From Atractiella rhizophila (Eukaryota): DNA of 60,570 bases. Below, in pieces: positions 25,983 through 37,397 of the stretch. The stretch covers positions 1 to 60,570 of the forward strand of contig MU271461.1 in the NCBI GenBank assembly GCA_021432655.1. Direction: 5' to 3'. Position 1 is the stretch's first letter, and each line of letters begins with the position of its first letter. Position numbers and translations under genes: made by a program. The notes beneath the pieces are model-generated. The model did not search any database, was not told the DNA's origin, and worked only from the letters and a program-made list of their open reading frames with translations.

Positions 25983-28900
25983 CTATCGCGTACCCTCTGC
26001 AGCGGCTTTGTACTTCTTGATGAGGTCTTGAAGCTTCGGATTTGAGGCAGGTGCTGGAATTCGATTTGCTGACCTCTCGCTCCCAGTGCTGCTGGAAGCG
26101 TTAGACATGAGGCCAGTGCTGGGAGCAGTGTTCAGGTAAGCTGGAGATGCGGAAGCCTTGTTCGGATTCGCAGGGGCAGGGGGTTCACTCAAGCGCTTGA
26201 GTTTGGTCGGAATTCCGCGACTCGACGGTGGGAGGTCAGAACCCTTTTCCATCATGTTATGCATTGCTTGCAGGGACAATCGGTGGTCCCCTTGCTTCGG
26301 TTTGTTGGGAGCGGCGGCTTTTAGGAAATCGTTGACCGATTTCGGTTTCATAGCATCTTCCGTTCCATCACCCTCCTCAATCATTCTACAAGTTTCTCAG
26401 ATACATATCAAGGAAAAGAGAGAACACGCACTGAGCCCACATGCCAGCAACCGCCGTCACAACACCGCCTCGGCCGCCTGACACAGACTTTGTAAGACGA
26501 CGGTATGGAATCTGGAGGAGCTTACCTCTTGCAGACCTTGCGTCATACTTAGGCTTGTATGGCCCCTCGATGTCTCTTGGAAGCTTGCCCTCAGGAGAAG
26601 ACGGTCGTATTGCTTTCGGTTTGATAAGACCAGGAACATCCAGCTTCGGATTGGGTAAGAAGTCGATAGAGGTTCTCGCGACTGGCTTGGTTGGCGTCTG
26701 CGGTGATAACGGAGGAGCGATGGAATTTAGGGCATGCAAGGATGGAGACGGTCGCGTGCTCGATGGAGAATTGATGGCATGAAGGTCCTGCATCGAGGTG
26801 TAGCGATGGCGCGTGGAAGGATCATTCGGCCCACGAATAGGGGCTGGCGCTGCCTGCGAAGTCGCCAGAGTCTTCCAAGGATCGATCGTTTTCGACTCTT
26901 TAGGTGTAGGATTGCCCAGATACGAGGACTGTGGGTGAGAAGGGGACGCAACCGTCGCATGACTTGATCCACTCGTTTCGACTGGAGAAGTCGACTGCGG
27001 CACCCTTGTGTTGGGTACAGCATTTGTGGGTGATGACGTCTGAGGAAGGATGGGAACGGAGGCGTCAGCTAGAACCTGCTTCACAGTTTTGTCGACTGCA
27101 AGCGGTTCCTTCCTTTCTTCCAAAGTCACAGGAGAGGCTGATCTAGTCTTTCGCATTCCATTGTTCTTTGAACCGTCAACCAGTGGCTGGGGAGAGATAG
27201 ACCGTTGGATCGATAGAACGTCCGGCTTGCGGTTGGGAACAGCTACCGCCGGCTTTTTCGAAACAGGTGAAGGGGTCGATTTCCTTGGATCAGCACCAGC
27301 AGAGCTTGGCCGTGTCCTGGACTCCACAGGAAGAGGCACCACTTTGGGGGCAATGCTGTAAAGCTCTTTGGTAGGACTCGATCTGGCTTTTGCCATATCC
27401 ATCGACTTTCTCCGCTGCTTCTCTTCCGGTGGTGGCGAAGGCGAACCAGCAGACCTTAACCAGTTTGCGACGCGATCGACGGCTTGATCCTTAAGCCTAT
27501 TCTGCTCACCGACATTGAGCACCTTTCTGCCATCCTGATATTCTTCTCGCACAAGCGAAGGTGCATTCGGGACATTCTTCACGATGACTGGACTGGCACT
27601 CGCTCGTGTCATGACTTCTTTGACGGGAGTAGGTGGAGCAGGAGGCTCAGGATCAGCGTAGGAAGAAATAGCAGCTGTCGAGAAGCTCTTGGCTCTCAAC
27701 GCACCGGCGCCCCCAACTCTCGCTGGTGAACTGGGTCGCATCGGTCCAAAGTCCGTGGGGAGCTCTAACGGGCGGGAGGAACTGTCGTTTTTGCCTCCCC
27801 GAGAAGAGGCGACACTCCTACTGACCTCTGGGGAGGTCGGCCTCGTCAACCTGGTTTCAAGCGACAACAACCCGGCGTCGGACCTTGACGAAGGCACTCT
27901 AACGCTCCTCGAGGCATCGCTGGTATCACTTTCCAGTCTCTGAGGAAAGATATTTTGAGCTTTGGGTTTCTGAGTTTCGTCCCTCTTCCGCTCCTCATCT
28001 TGCAGGACCATGTCCTCCAGCTGCTGAGCACTCGTACTTCTCTCTACAATGTGCAGACCGGTGACTTTCGGTTGTTCTTCCACCGCCCATTGCTTCACCA
28101 TCATCCTACTATTCATGGTCCCAGCCTGGCTCTCCCCATCTTCTCCGATGGTTTCTAAGGCAACATCCGCCTCTCTCGTCATAAACGTGCTTTGCTGAAC
28201 AAGGGGGGAGAATCGACTAGGTGCTGGTGGCGGGGTTGTGCTGGAGCGTCTGCCCGTTGAATTTCTCGACACTGGGCGCTCAGGAGCTATTGGGGGTTCT
28301 TGAGATGCTGGCGGTGCTGGAGGAAAATAACTGGCAGGAGGAAGGCTCTTGTGCTCGTTGACTGGACTGTGGTCTGGGCTAGGAGCCTGGTTCTGCATCG
28401 CTGTTGCAAAATCCATAGCTCCGCCAGAGTTTCTCCTATCTCTCGCTTCCAATACTCTCCTCACTTCTTCCGGTGTATCTGCCTGTCTTTCCCTCGTCTC
28501 CTCTCCCCCGATCATTGGCAAACCAGGAGCGGGAAGCGGTCCGGGTGAAGGAAGCAATTCGTTCATTACGCTCGTAGTGTTCATAGGACGAGCATACGGT
28601 TGGGGGCTCACAGCGGGAGCAAAACTAGCTGGTTTGGCGGAGGGTGAACGCGGGGGAGGGATAGGAGGGATGTTTGATTGGCGTGTCTGCCTTGATGCTG
28701 GACGGGGAGGAGGAATGGGAGGGCCGGTCAGACTGGCACCATGTTCCGGAGGCGTCGCAAGTGGTGGAGGGAGTGGTTCCAGGCTTCCAGGCAGAGGAAG
28801 CGGTTGCGAACCGCCTTGATATTGATGTGGATGGGTGTATGGGCCGGGAGATACCACGTTCTGGTGATGCTGAATGGCGCCGACAAGTTTTGAGTGCGTC

Positions 28901-30839
28901 AAATCCGGCATGGTAGGATCGAAAGATATGTACTGAGGTTGCGCTTGAGGATATGAATGTGGAGATGACGATGCAAAATTGTTGTACGGCTGCGGGGAGG
29001 AAGGTGATTGATAAGGTTGTGAGAACGGAACAGGGTAAGGCGCTTGCGCAGGGGATGAGGGAGGTTGATATGGGTGCTGATTTGAAGGGGGAGGTTTATA
29101 AGGATAGATATTCGGGCTACCTGGAGCTGGACTAGTGGGAGGAAGTGTGGGGGAATATGATCCTCCGTTCTGGTAGGCGAAAGGCGCTGTAGGAGGTTCT
29201 AAGGCTGGTGCCGAGACGGGAACTTGCATTGGAGAGTAGACAGGTTGGATCGGTGCTGGAGAGCTTGCGTAGCCCCTGGCAGCATCCCAAGGAGCAGGCG
29301 ATGGAGAGGGTCCCAAACTCCCGTAGTTGACGGATTGTTGGGGGATCTGAAAGTATTGTTGCCCGCCAGGAGAAAAATCTGTAGCACCAGGAGACTGAGA
29401 GTGATACGACACACTTCCAAAGGAATTCTGGTTGTAGCCAACGGGGCCGTGGTTGTATCCTTGCTGTAAGTCGGGGGAAGTGAGATTGGGATCAAACTTG
29501 TGGCCCTCTGGAGGGACGGCAAGAGGATGCAAGACAGTAATTGGCACTTCGACCGCCAGCTTTTTGTCGAACATTCCACCTCCCAGTTCGACTCCAACGT
29601 AACATCCGATCTCGAACAGCCGGCCCCCTTTAACTGTCCACAACTCTCCCTCTAACGATCCATTCTTCTGCCTTCCTCCAATTCGAGGTAGCTCAAGAGC
29701 AAGATGAACCTCCTTCCATTCACGAGAGGGAGGAAATTCAAAGGCGCTTCCACGGAATGGATGGGTTAGGACAACTTCGGTAATCTGTGGCGGGGGAGCG
29801 TTGCTGGTGTCGGAAGGAGGGAGGAGTAGGCGTCGTGAGAAACTCATGACCAATCCAGAGGCCTGCACTCCCCGAGTCAGTCACAAGCACGTTCAACCAA
29901 AAGACTGAAGATGCACAGTTTTCTTCCCGCCATTTCTAACTTGCACCACCAAATCAACTTTGCCATGTCTCCCCACCTCTCCACCGCTCGGACTTTCTTC
30001 TCCGTTCTCCAACCTTCCTGGTTGCCTCCAAAACGCGGACCTAAGCAGCCTGACTTTGACTTCTACCTGCTCTCCCCCGCGGTCCTTTCATGTCCCTTCC
30101 CTCAACGCTCTTCCAAAACCTCTCTTTCTTCCATTCACCCTCCCTCTGTCCATGCTCCCATCCCCAGTCCTCGACCACAAAAAATTTCTAACCGTTTCGT
30201 CACCAAACTCCTTTCTCCTCCTTTATTCCCTTCCGCCCCAAGTGGTAGACCGTCGGGACCAATCTTTACCCCCGTGAGGACTTGACAAGTTGCCCGTAGC
30301 TCCCAGCGAACATTCGCGTTTGCGCCGAGAGTGAACGTCCCGGGAGGACCGTAGAAAGTTTCTTGGGACTCTTCGGGGTCTTCGGAGGGAGCGAGGAAGC
30401 CGCTAGGTATAGGAAACTGAAATTGAAAGCGTGTTCGCCCTTTCAGGCCAGGATAGTAGTGACCGCCAATAGGTGACGTGGCCTTCACGGCGTTAGAGGG
30501 GGGGAGACCGTGTCCTTGAAAGAGGACAGTCCGAGTGTGGAAGGTGCGAGTAGAGCTGTGGTCCAGAGATCTCAGCTCTGGAAGATACGTAATGCACATC
30601 AACATCTCTGTCACGCCTGACTATTCGCAGTGTAATCTGAAGAGACGCGTACCTTCGATCCCCTTGAGCTCGATACCAATTTCTCCCAACCAAATAGCGT
30701 TGCTTTTCTCGCATCGGACCTCCAAAACACCATCGATTGTCAGGCCTGTCCTAGCTAGATACACGGCTCGCGCGGGTAAAACCGAAAGTTTGAGAAATGG
30801 GTGTGAGCCCATGGCGTTCATAGGCATTGAAGGCTGCAT
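25983..30839 (-). CDS. Arrestin-like N-terminal domain protein with a long Pro/Ser-rich disordered tail
   Basis: N-terminal beta-rich segments (IWLGEIGIELKGIE, GRTRFQFQFPIP, ANVRWELRAT, LFEIGCYVGVEL, VEVPITVLHP). A 1160-aa ORF and a C-terminal RGGRGGVVTAVAGMWA. Confidence 0.65.
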
Positions 30840-31699
30840 CGTGAAAGTCGTTATTCAGTAAAAAGGCCAATAAGCCCCTATTTATGGGTGTTGGTTGTTC
30901 TAAACTCGATTGGCTGTGGTTGTCCGTCCAAAGTCACGACTCGTCAACGTGACTTTCAAGGAAAGTAAACGAGAAGGCCTGGCAGAGTTTCCAGCACTTT
31001 TAAGCTAAACAGAAATATAGCAGGGAAGGAGATGAGCGGCAGTGAATTCTTATGGGAAGGAGATGGCAAGATAACCGCAGTAAGGGATGCTGGTACGTGG
31101 TCACTCAACTTCGCTTTCTTGTAGTTTATTACGCTGTCGAGAAGTACACCATGCAAAATGCATCATGACAGGTGTTTGCAGCAATTCCTTTATTTAAAGG
31201 CTAGGATTTCGACAAAATTGTTTTCTCTTACACGACCCCGCTTTTGTGGATTGTTGTAGGATGAACACTCATGCTGGGCAAAGCCAGAGCAGCTACAACA
31301 AACTGGCTTAGCTACGATTTGCCTAATCTCTGGCCTACTCTCGAGTTGATTGTGTTGTTACGTGAGATGAGCATCTTGTGGCTTCTCGAACCCTTATGTC
31401 ATAGTCTGGCATGTCTGGCATAGGCACTGATGTGAGTATGCGTAAACTCATCATTCTCATGTCGTTATTCATCCAAACTCAAGACTAGTCGACCCATGCG
31501 ATGCGCTTAGTATGAAATGAACATGAAATGACCACGAAGTGCCAAAAGTTGGAAATAATACCACTCATGAGTTTTCATGAGCATGACAATCTTGAATTTC
31601 ACGTCAAACTTCCCATATTGTAGAAGATGCCGGGTAGCCACACGACAGTTGGCACAATTTTTTGAAGGTTCCTCTTCTTCTTTCTCAATTCATAGAGCA

Positions 31700-31737
31700 C
31701 AAAGGAGGGAAGAAACTCCAAAGGAGGGAAGAAACTC
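31700..31737 (+). repeat. 19-bp direct tandem repeat CAAAGGAGGGAAGAAACTC x2
   Basis: Read directly at 31700-31718 and 31719-31737. Confidence 0.9.
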
Positions 31738-33627
31738 GGAATCCATGCTCAAACATCTCTGATGGCAAATCCAGGCTGGAATTGCAGGTATGATGCTAAC
31801 ACAATTCGATGCAACTGTCTGCTCTCAAGACAAAGGAAAGTAGGAATTGGATAATTGCCTGAATGACACGTCTGGCATGATTAATGCCTGTTTTCAGGAT
31901 CCGTACTCTGGAGTTATAACTGATGATTGATCATGAATTTCATGCCTTTTTCATGACCGTATCATGATTCCGTTGTATGGACATGATATGAACGTGAGCT
32001 CTGGAATGTTGCGAAAACACATGTGAATTGCTCACGAGTTCGTCATGACACACTCATATCAATCCCTGGTCTGGCAGCATCAGTTACCGCACCGGCTAGG
32101 ATTGCTAGTGGTTTCAGCAAGTACTTTGCAGGCATGTGTTGGTGCAGTCCCTCGTTTCAAGGACGAGTATTCGAATACTTTAATCTTCACTCATGAAAGT
32201 TACGTCGTCATGAGTTGTCATACCAAGTCCAATCAGAATAACGAAGATGAGCTGGAAGGGCAGACCGCAGCATGATAGCGCCGCTTTCGATCAGTGCTCA
32301 CTCACGTTAATTGTGTGAAATTTCCAGTTACATCTGCCTGAATAATAATGTGAACAATGCTGAAACCATAGAAGGTTACACAGAGCGTGATAGCTCTGGA
32401 TAGCTTGCTTTTGTCACTCCACACTAGCTCAGCTGCCCGTGCGGGCCTAATGGCTAAATTCCTCGCAATCATTTGATCGCTCCTTTAAGCATTATCAGGC
32501 TTTCCAAGTCTATTGCATTTCTTCTCACGGTCTGGCATTTCTCGGTTCCGAAGCGGAGCATCTCAATTGATCAGAAGACACGCTACAACCGCGTGGCAAA
32601 CCTGCAGCCACGTTTACCAGAGAGGCTTCCAGTCTTCCAGACCTTTGCAAACTGATTTCGAGCCATTATCAAGTTGGGAATCGACGGGGCTGACGGAGCC
32701 AGAAGCAGGGCAGTCCAGATTATTGAAGAACCCAGAGTTCCATCTTGTAAAGGAGCCCAAACCCAAACAGAGCGACCAAAGAGCTTGCTTTATTCTCCTG
32801 AGCAAATCTAGAGATCCCTTTGTCCTGGCTAAAGTTGAAGATTCAGATCTCGCAACGTGGTTTCCATGTGGAGAGATAGAATTCGAGGTTGGCATAACAA
32901 AAATCTCACTATAAGAGTAGCCCTTTCTTCTCTTCCCTTTCTTCTCCCACATCCCCTTCACGTCTTGCGGTGCTGTTGGTCAGGATACAGGTTCGTCGGG
33001 ATTCCCTTTCACGTCGTCTGTGCCTTTCCAAACAAATATTTATTTACTCCTTCCCCGTCCTCCAACGCATCCTTCCGAACCCTGATATGTTGTGACGACC
33101 ATTGTTATCCATATCATGGATCTTGTCTAGCCGTGCACCAGTAGATTAGTCCATGTGAACGGCCCATAAAAGACGATGGAGATCTCTCTGTCTGCACAGA
33201 GCTCCATTTTCAAGACCACAAAGGCACTCGTTTCCCTGTGCCTTATTCGCTTTGACTGTGCTCATCTCATTTGCACCTTTTGAAAGTGTATCTTTGTGAG
33301 CTCAGCGAAGGTGTTATCATCATTTTTTCATCCATGTGAGTACATAGCTCCGGTATCCTGCCCAGGCCCAATGTTTTGCTTCGAAGCAACCCGATTGACG
33401 AGCTTCGAGCAGGACGTGACATCAGGCTGGCAGTATAAACTGACATCTCACTTGCCTTCTCTTTTGCTTTCTTCCATTACTTCTCCACTGTCCTCGATTA
33501 CTGATCTAATCTGCTTACAGAATCTTATCCCTATCCTATCTGACGGTCTTCACAGAGTTCTCCTTGTCTCAGGTTTTGTGAGCTTTCTTCTCTCCATTTG
33601 ACATGCGACTGAGTTCATCGACAGACC

Positions 33628-35678
33628 ATGCCTCCTCGACATAGTACCCGCTCGACGCCTGATCCTCACTTCAACGCAACACATTCCGACCTTTATTATA
33701 TTCAGGGTTACCAAGGAGAGCAGGCTTTATCTTCGTCAGTCGGGACTTCGACGAAGCGACATCTCCAACAAAATCACGATACGGTGGGCTCCATCGAGCT
33801 CAATGCCCATGACTTGGATCTGGAATCGCCAGCGGCTCCTCTTCTTGTTCCATCTACGTCGGCTTCAGGTTCTAACCTCTCTCTTGCTTCCACCACGCCA
33901 TCTTCTTCTTGGTGTACCTCTTCAAATGCAGAAAGTCCTTCTATTCATGGATCTCAGATCGGCACAGTCGACAATGAGGTCGAAGTCGACTACGATTATA
34001 CGGAAGAAAGAAAGGCGTCGACCGCTACCGCTCGCCCTTTGAAGAAACCGAAATCCTCCCACGCAAGAAAGGTTCCGCCTAACCACATAAAACGCCCAAA
34101 AAACGCTTTCATACTCTATCGAAGCTGGTTCTGCTCTCAAGAAGGAATGTCGAAGGCTCACGGGGTTCATGACCATCGTGATATTTCCAGGATTGTTGGT
34201 CAGATGTGGAAACAACTTCCTGCGAGCGAGAAGAGGAGGTTTGAGGAAATGGCGGAAGAAGAGAAGGCGGAACACAAGCGACTCTACCCTGACTACAAGT
34301 ACAAGCCCGTGTATAAGAAGACTTTGGCGGACCAAGGCAGAAAACGGAAGAATAAGAGAGGCGCTGAGGAAGATTACGAGATCAACAGGAGATGCATGGA
34401 AATCGCGAATATCATTTCAGAAGAGTCGGTAGGGAACGATCCGGAGAGCTCAAACAGGGTTCGAGAGCGGGTGAAGAGAGAGGTGGGAGAGTTCCCATTG
34501 CCCGGTACGCTACTTCTTCTGTCTTAAAAGTCCAGTACCAATACTTGGGTGTAGAACGATTCGACAAACCTGGCGACATGGTGCACAACTTCGCTGATCC
34601 GACGTACTTCACTCCCCAAACAGCTTCGATGTCTGGGATGGACGACATCCCGGTCTCTGCGGTCGACTACGAAAATATGGAACAGAGCGTCACCAGTGTC
34701 GAGCAGCCAACAGCACGAGCGAAGCGAAGCCGGCAGGCCAAGACTTGGAACGTCGATTCCGTTGTCGCGCAGGACTACCGCTTTCCCACAGCTCCAATGG
34801 AGCCAACGGATCCTACCGCTTACCAGTATCCAACTCCAACTCCAGATTACTCTCTCGCAAACGGGTGGTATCCAGGAACGTCCGCTGACATGACATCTCT
34901 CCTCCAAGCCACAGCCCAAAACTTCGCCGCCGTCACTTCGATCCCACCGACTGCTACCACTGAGTCTGTTGCTCAGACCCTTCAGGCGTACAGTATCGTT
35001 GGACATCCTAATTGGAACGAGCTCCAGCTCCCTATGTCTACGAGCCACCTTTCCTCCGTTATTCCACCCTGTGCCACTATTCCTCCGTACGAATCATATC
35101 TATCCGCTCCACATCAACCTCAGGCGCAATACCCTGGCTTAAAGGAGCTTCCGTTGGTTGGACCTGCGGAAGGAGACAACAACCTCATGTTGCTCGACAA
35201 CGACTGGGCCAACAGGAGAGAAAGTGTTGTGGAGTGGAATCGCGTTGTTCACATGAATCTGGCGCAAGATGGAGGGAGTGTCTTTGGTATCGTCCCGAGA
35301 CCAAGAGAGGACAGCTACGTGAGGCAAGAACGGGCAATGGATGAGGTGAGCCACTCTTTCGACTGCTTTCTGCTAAATTAACAAATGGAATGGAAATAGT
35401 TCCTCAACTATGAAAGCGTAGCTTCGCCAAGTTCCCGTCAATCCTTTGCGGTCCCTGACTTCTCACAATTCCCAACTCAGCAACTCGTCGTCAATGGTGA
35501 ATCTAAAACCTACGTTTACTTGGATATGAAACAAGCACAAAATCCCTCTCTCGTCGAGCAAATCATGGCTTCTGGCAGTGCGTAAATTTTTTCAGCGCTT
35601 TATGTTATCATTGACTTAGTTCACACAGTGGGTGTTGCTTACGAGAATGATGATCCTGAAAGAAGAAATGTAGCGTGA
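33628..35678 (+). CDS. MATA/SOX-type HMG-box transcription factor
   Basis: HIKRPKNAFILYRS...ISRIVGQMWKQL...FEEMAEEEKAEHKRLYPDYKYKP. Three introns, starting near 34505, 35346 and 35578. Confidence 0.9.
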
Positions 35679-36484
35679 TGAACGTCGCCCATACCCCAAA
35701 CAGCAAGATCAGCAGTATCTCGTTACATTTCTTGTCAATGTGTTTTTCACTCGCATTTTCTTCTTTTGGGTCGTCGTTGTGTCATTTCTCTAAAGAAGAA
35801 TTCGGTCGAAATATCCTTTCATTCAGAAATGTTCTAGAAGTTTAGTATTCGTTTGTTTAACTTGTTCAAAAAGCGCAGTATTGCAGGTGAAGTTGTCTTC
35901 GTTTTCGTTTCAGTTGATCTACGATCTACTCTTTGTTCTCATGCTCTATTCCTTCCGCTCTGGAGAGGACTTTGTTCTGTTCGAATATTCCCAATCTTTG
36001 CTGTTATCCTCCACTTCGTTCTGAGATCCGTTTTGTTTGACATGATATCATAGCGCAAACATTCAACCACTTCAGTGTCAGTTATCAAGGAACTTACTTG
36101 ATCTGTTGAGAAATATTGTAGCCATATCTCCTATATACCTTGTCCTGTTATCAAATGATTGAAAGCTTACCTCTCTTCTCGTTCATCCCTGTAGTAGTAT
36201 CAGCAAGGTTTGACGCATCCCCTTCAAATATTCAAGTGAGCTAGGGATCTGACGGACGGCTTCCTCCTGGATTGAGCGGCAACGCAAAGTAAGTCCTTCA
36301 GATCTGATGCTCTGAAGAGCTCTGACCATTCATCTTTGCTCATCTTCTCTGTGATAACCAGAATGTCAATCAAAGGTAACTGAGGGAGCAGGAGATGAAA
36401 CGAAGTATTCGATGTCAATCCCACCAACAAGTCATTCCGCATAAAATTACACTCCGTATTTCGACATTTAGACCATACAATGAT

Positions 36485-37061
36485 TCATTGATTGGAAGCA
36501 ACTGGTGGGTCATATTTCCTCAGCAACGCCAAATCAACCGGCCACCTCTCCCCCATCCACACCGCCCTTTCGGAGTGATCCTTGACTGACTCTCCTTTTC
36601 CTACCCAATTGGGATGAACGAGTACGGAAAGAGGTCCACGATTGGCGACGAGGTATCCAAACAGCGCGCCGAAGTGTTCGGGAGTGAAGATGTTCACTTC
36701 GAACATCCCAGTCGGATGAGGACCGACGGGGCGTTCAAACACCTTATACACTCGTAGCTCGGGGAATTCGCGACGGATCGAGGCATGAAGCTGTTTTGCA
36801 TGTGCCGTCTCGACTTCTGAGGAGTGTCGGAAATAAATGTGGAAGTCGAAGGCGTTGTTCGACGTCTCGATCGGGGACTGGTACGTTTTGTACCAAGCAG
36901 AGGGGGTATCGCGCTTCGGGTTCACCAGGGACTTTCCGTCTGTCCACGCAGAATAGGTTAATGGACATACACACCAAAGAGTCAAGGGACCTGCCTGCGT
37001 TCACCTCCGTCGGTAAATCGTCAACTTGCTCGTTCAGATTTGCTGGAGTTTCTGGGGCCAT
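36485..37061 (-). CDS. DOPA 4,5-dioxygenase family protein
   Basis: FDFHIYF, IRREFPELRVY, PVGPHPTGMFEV, RGPLSVLVHPN and DHSERAVWMG. Confidence 0.88.
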
Positions 37062-37397
37062 TTCTTTCCACTGATTGCAGAAAATCAATCGATCAAGTCC
37101 AACACCTTTTAAAGGCAATCCGACAGGGAATGAGGCGAAAAAAGACGCTGAATAAGTGAAGGTCCCGTGTCGACCTGTCAATCACGACACTGAACTTGGA
37201 CCACTCATCCACTCCCCGCGATTACAGTATACTTGATTACACAGCTTTCATGACCCTCCTCACCGAGTTGCTTAGGCAAAGGTGTTAAGAAAATGAACCA
37301 CGAAGGCACCTGTATTTCAACGCTTGTGGGCAATGTGGCGCAAGAAACGACGACCACAAAATTTTTTTGGCCAGCCCAAGTCAACTTGCATTTCTTC

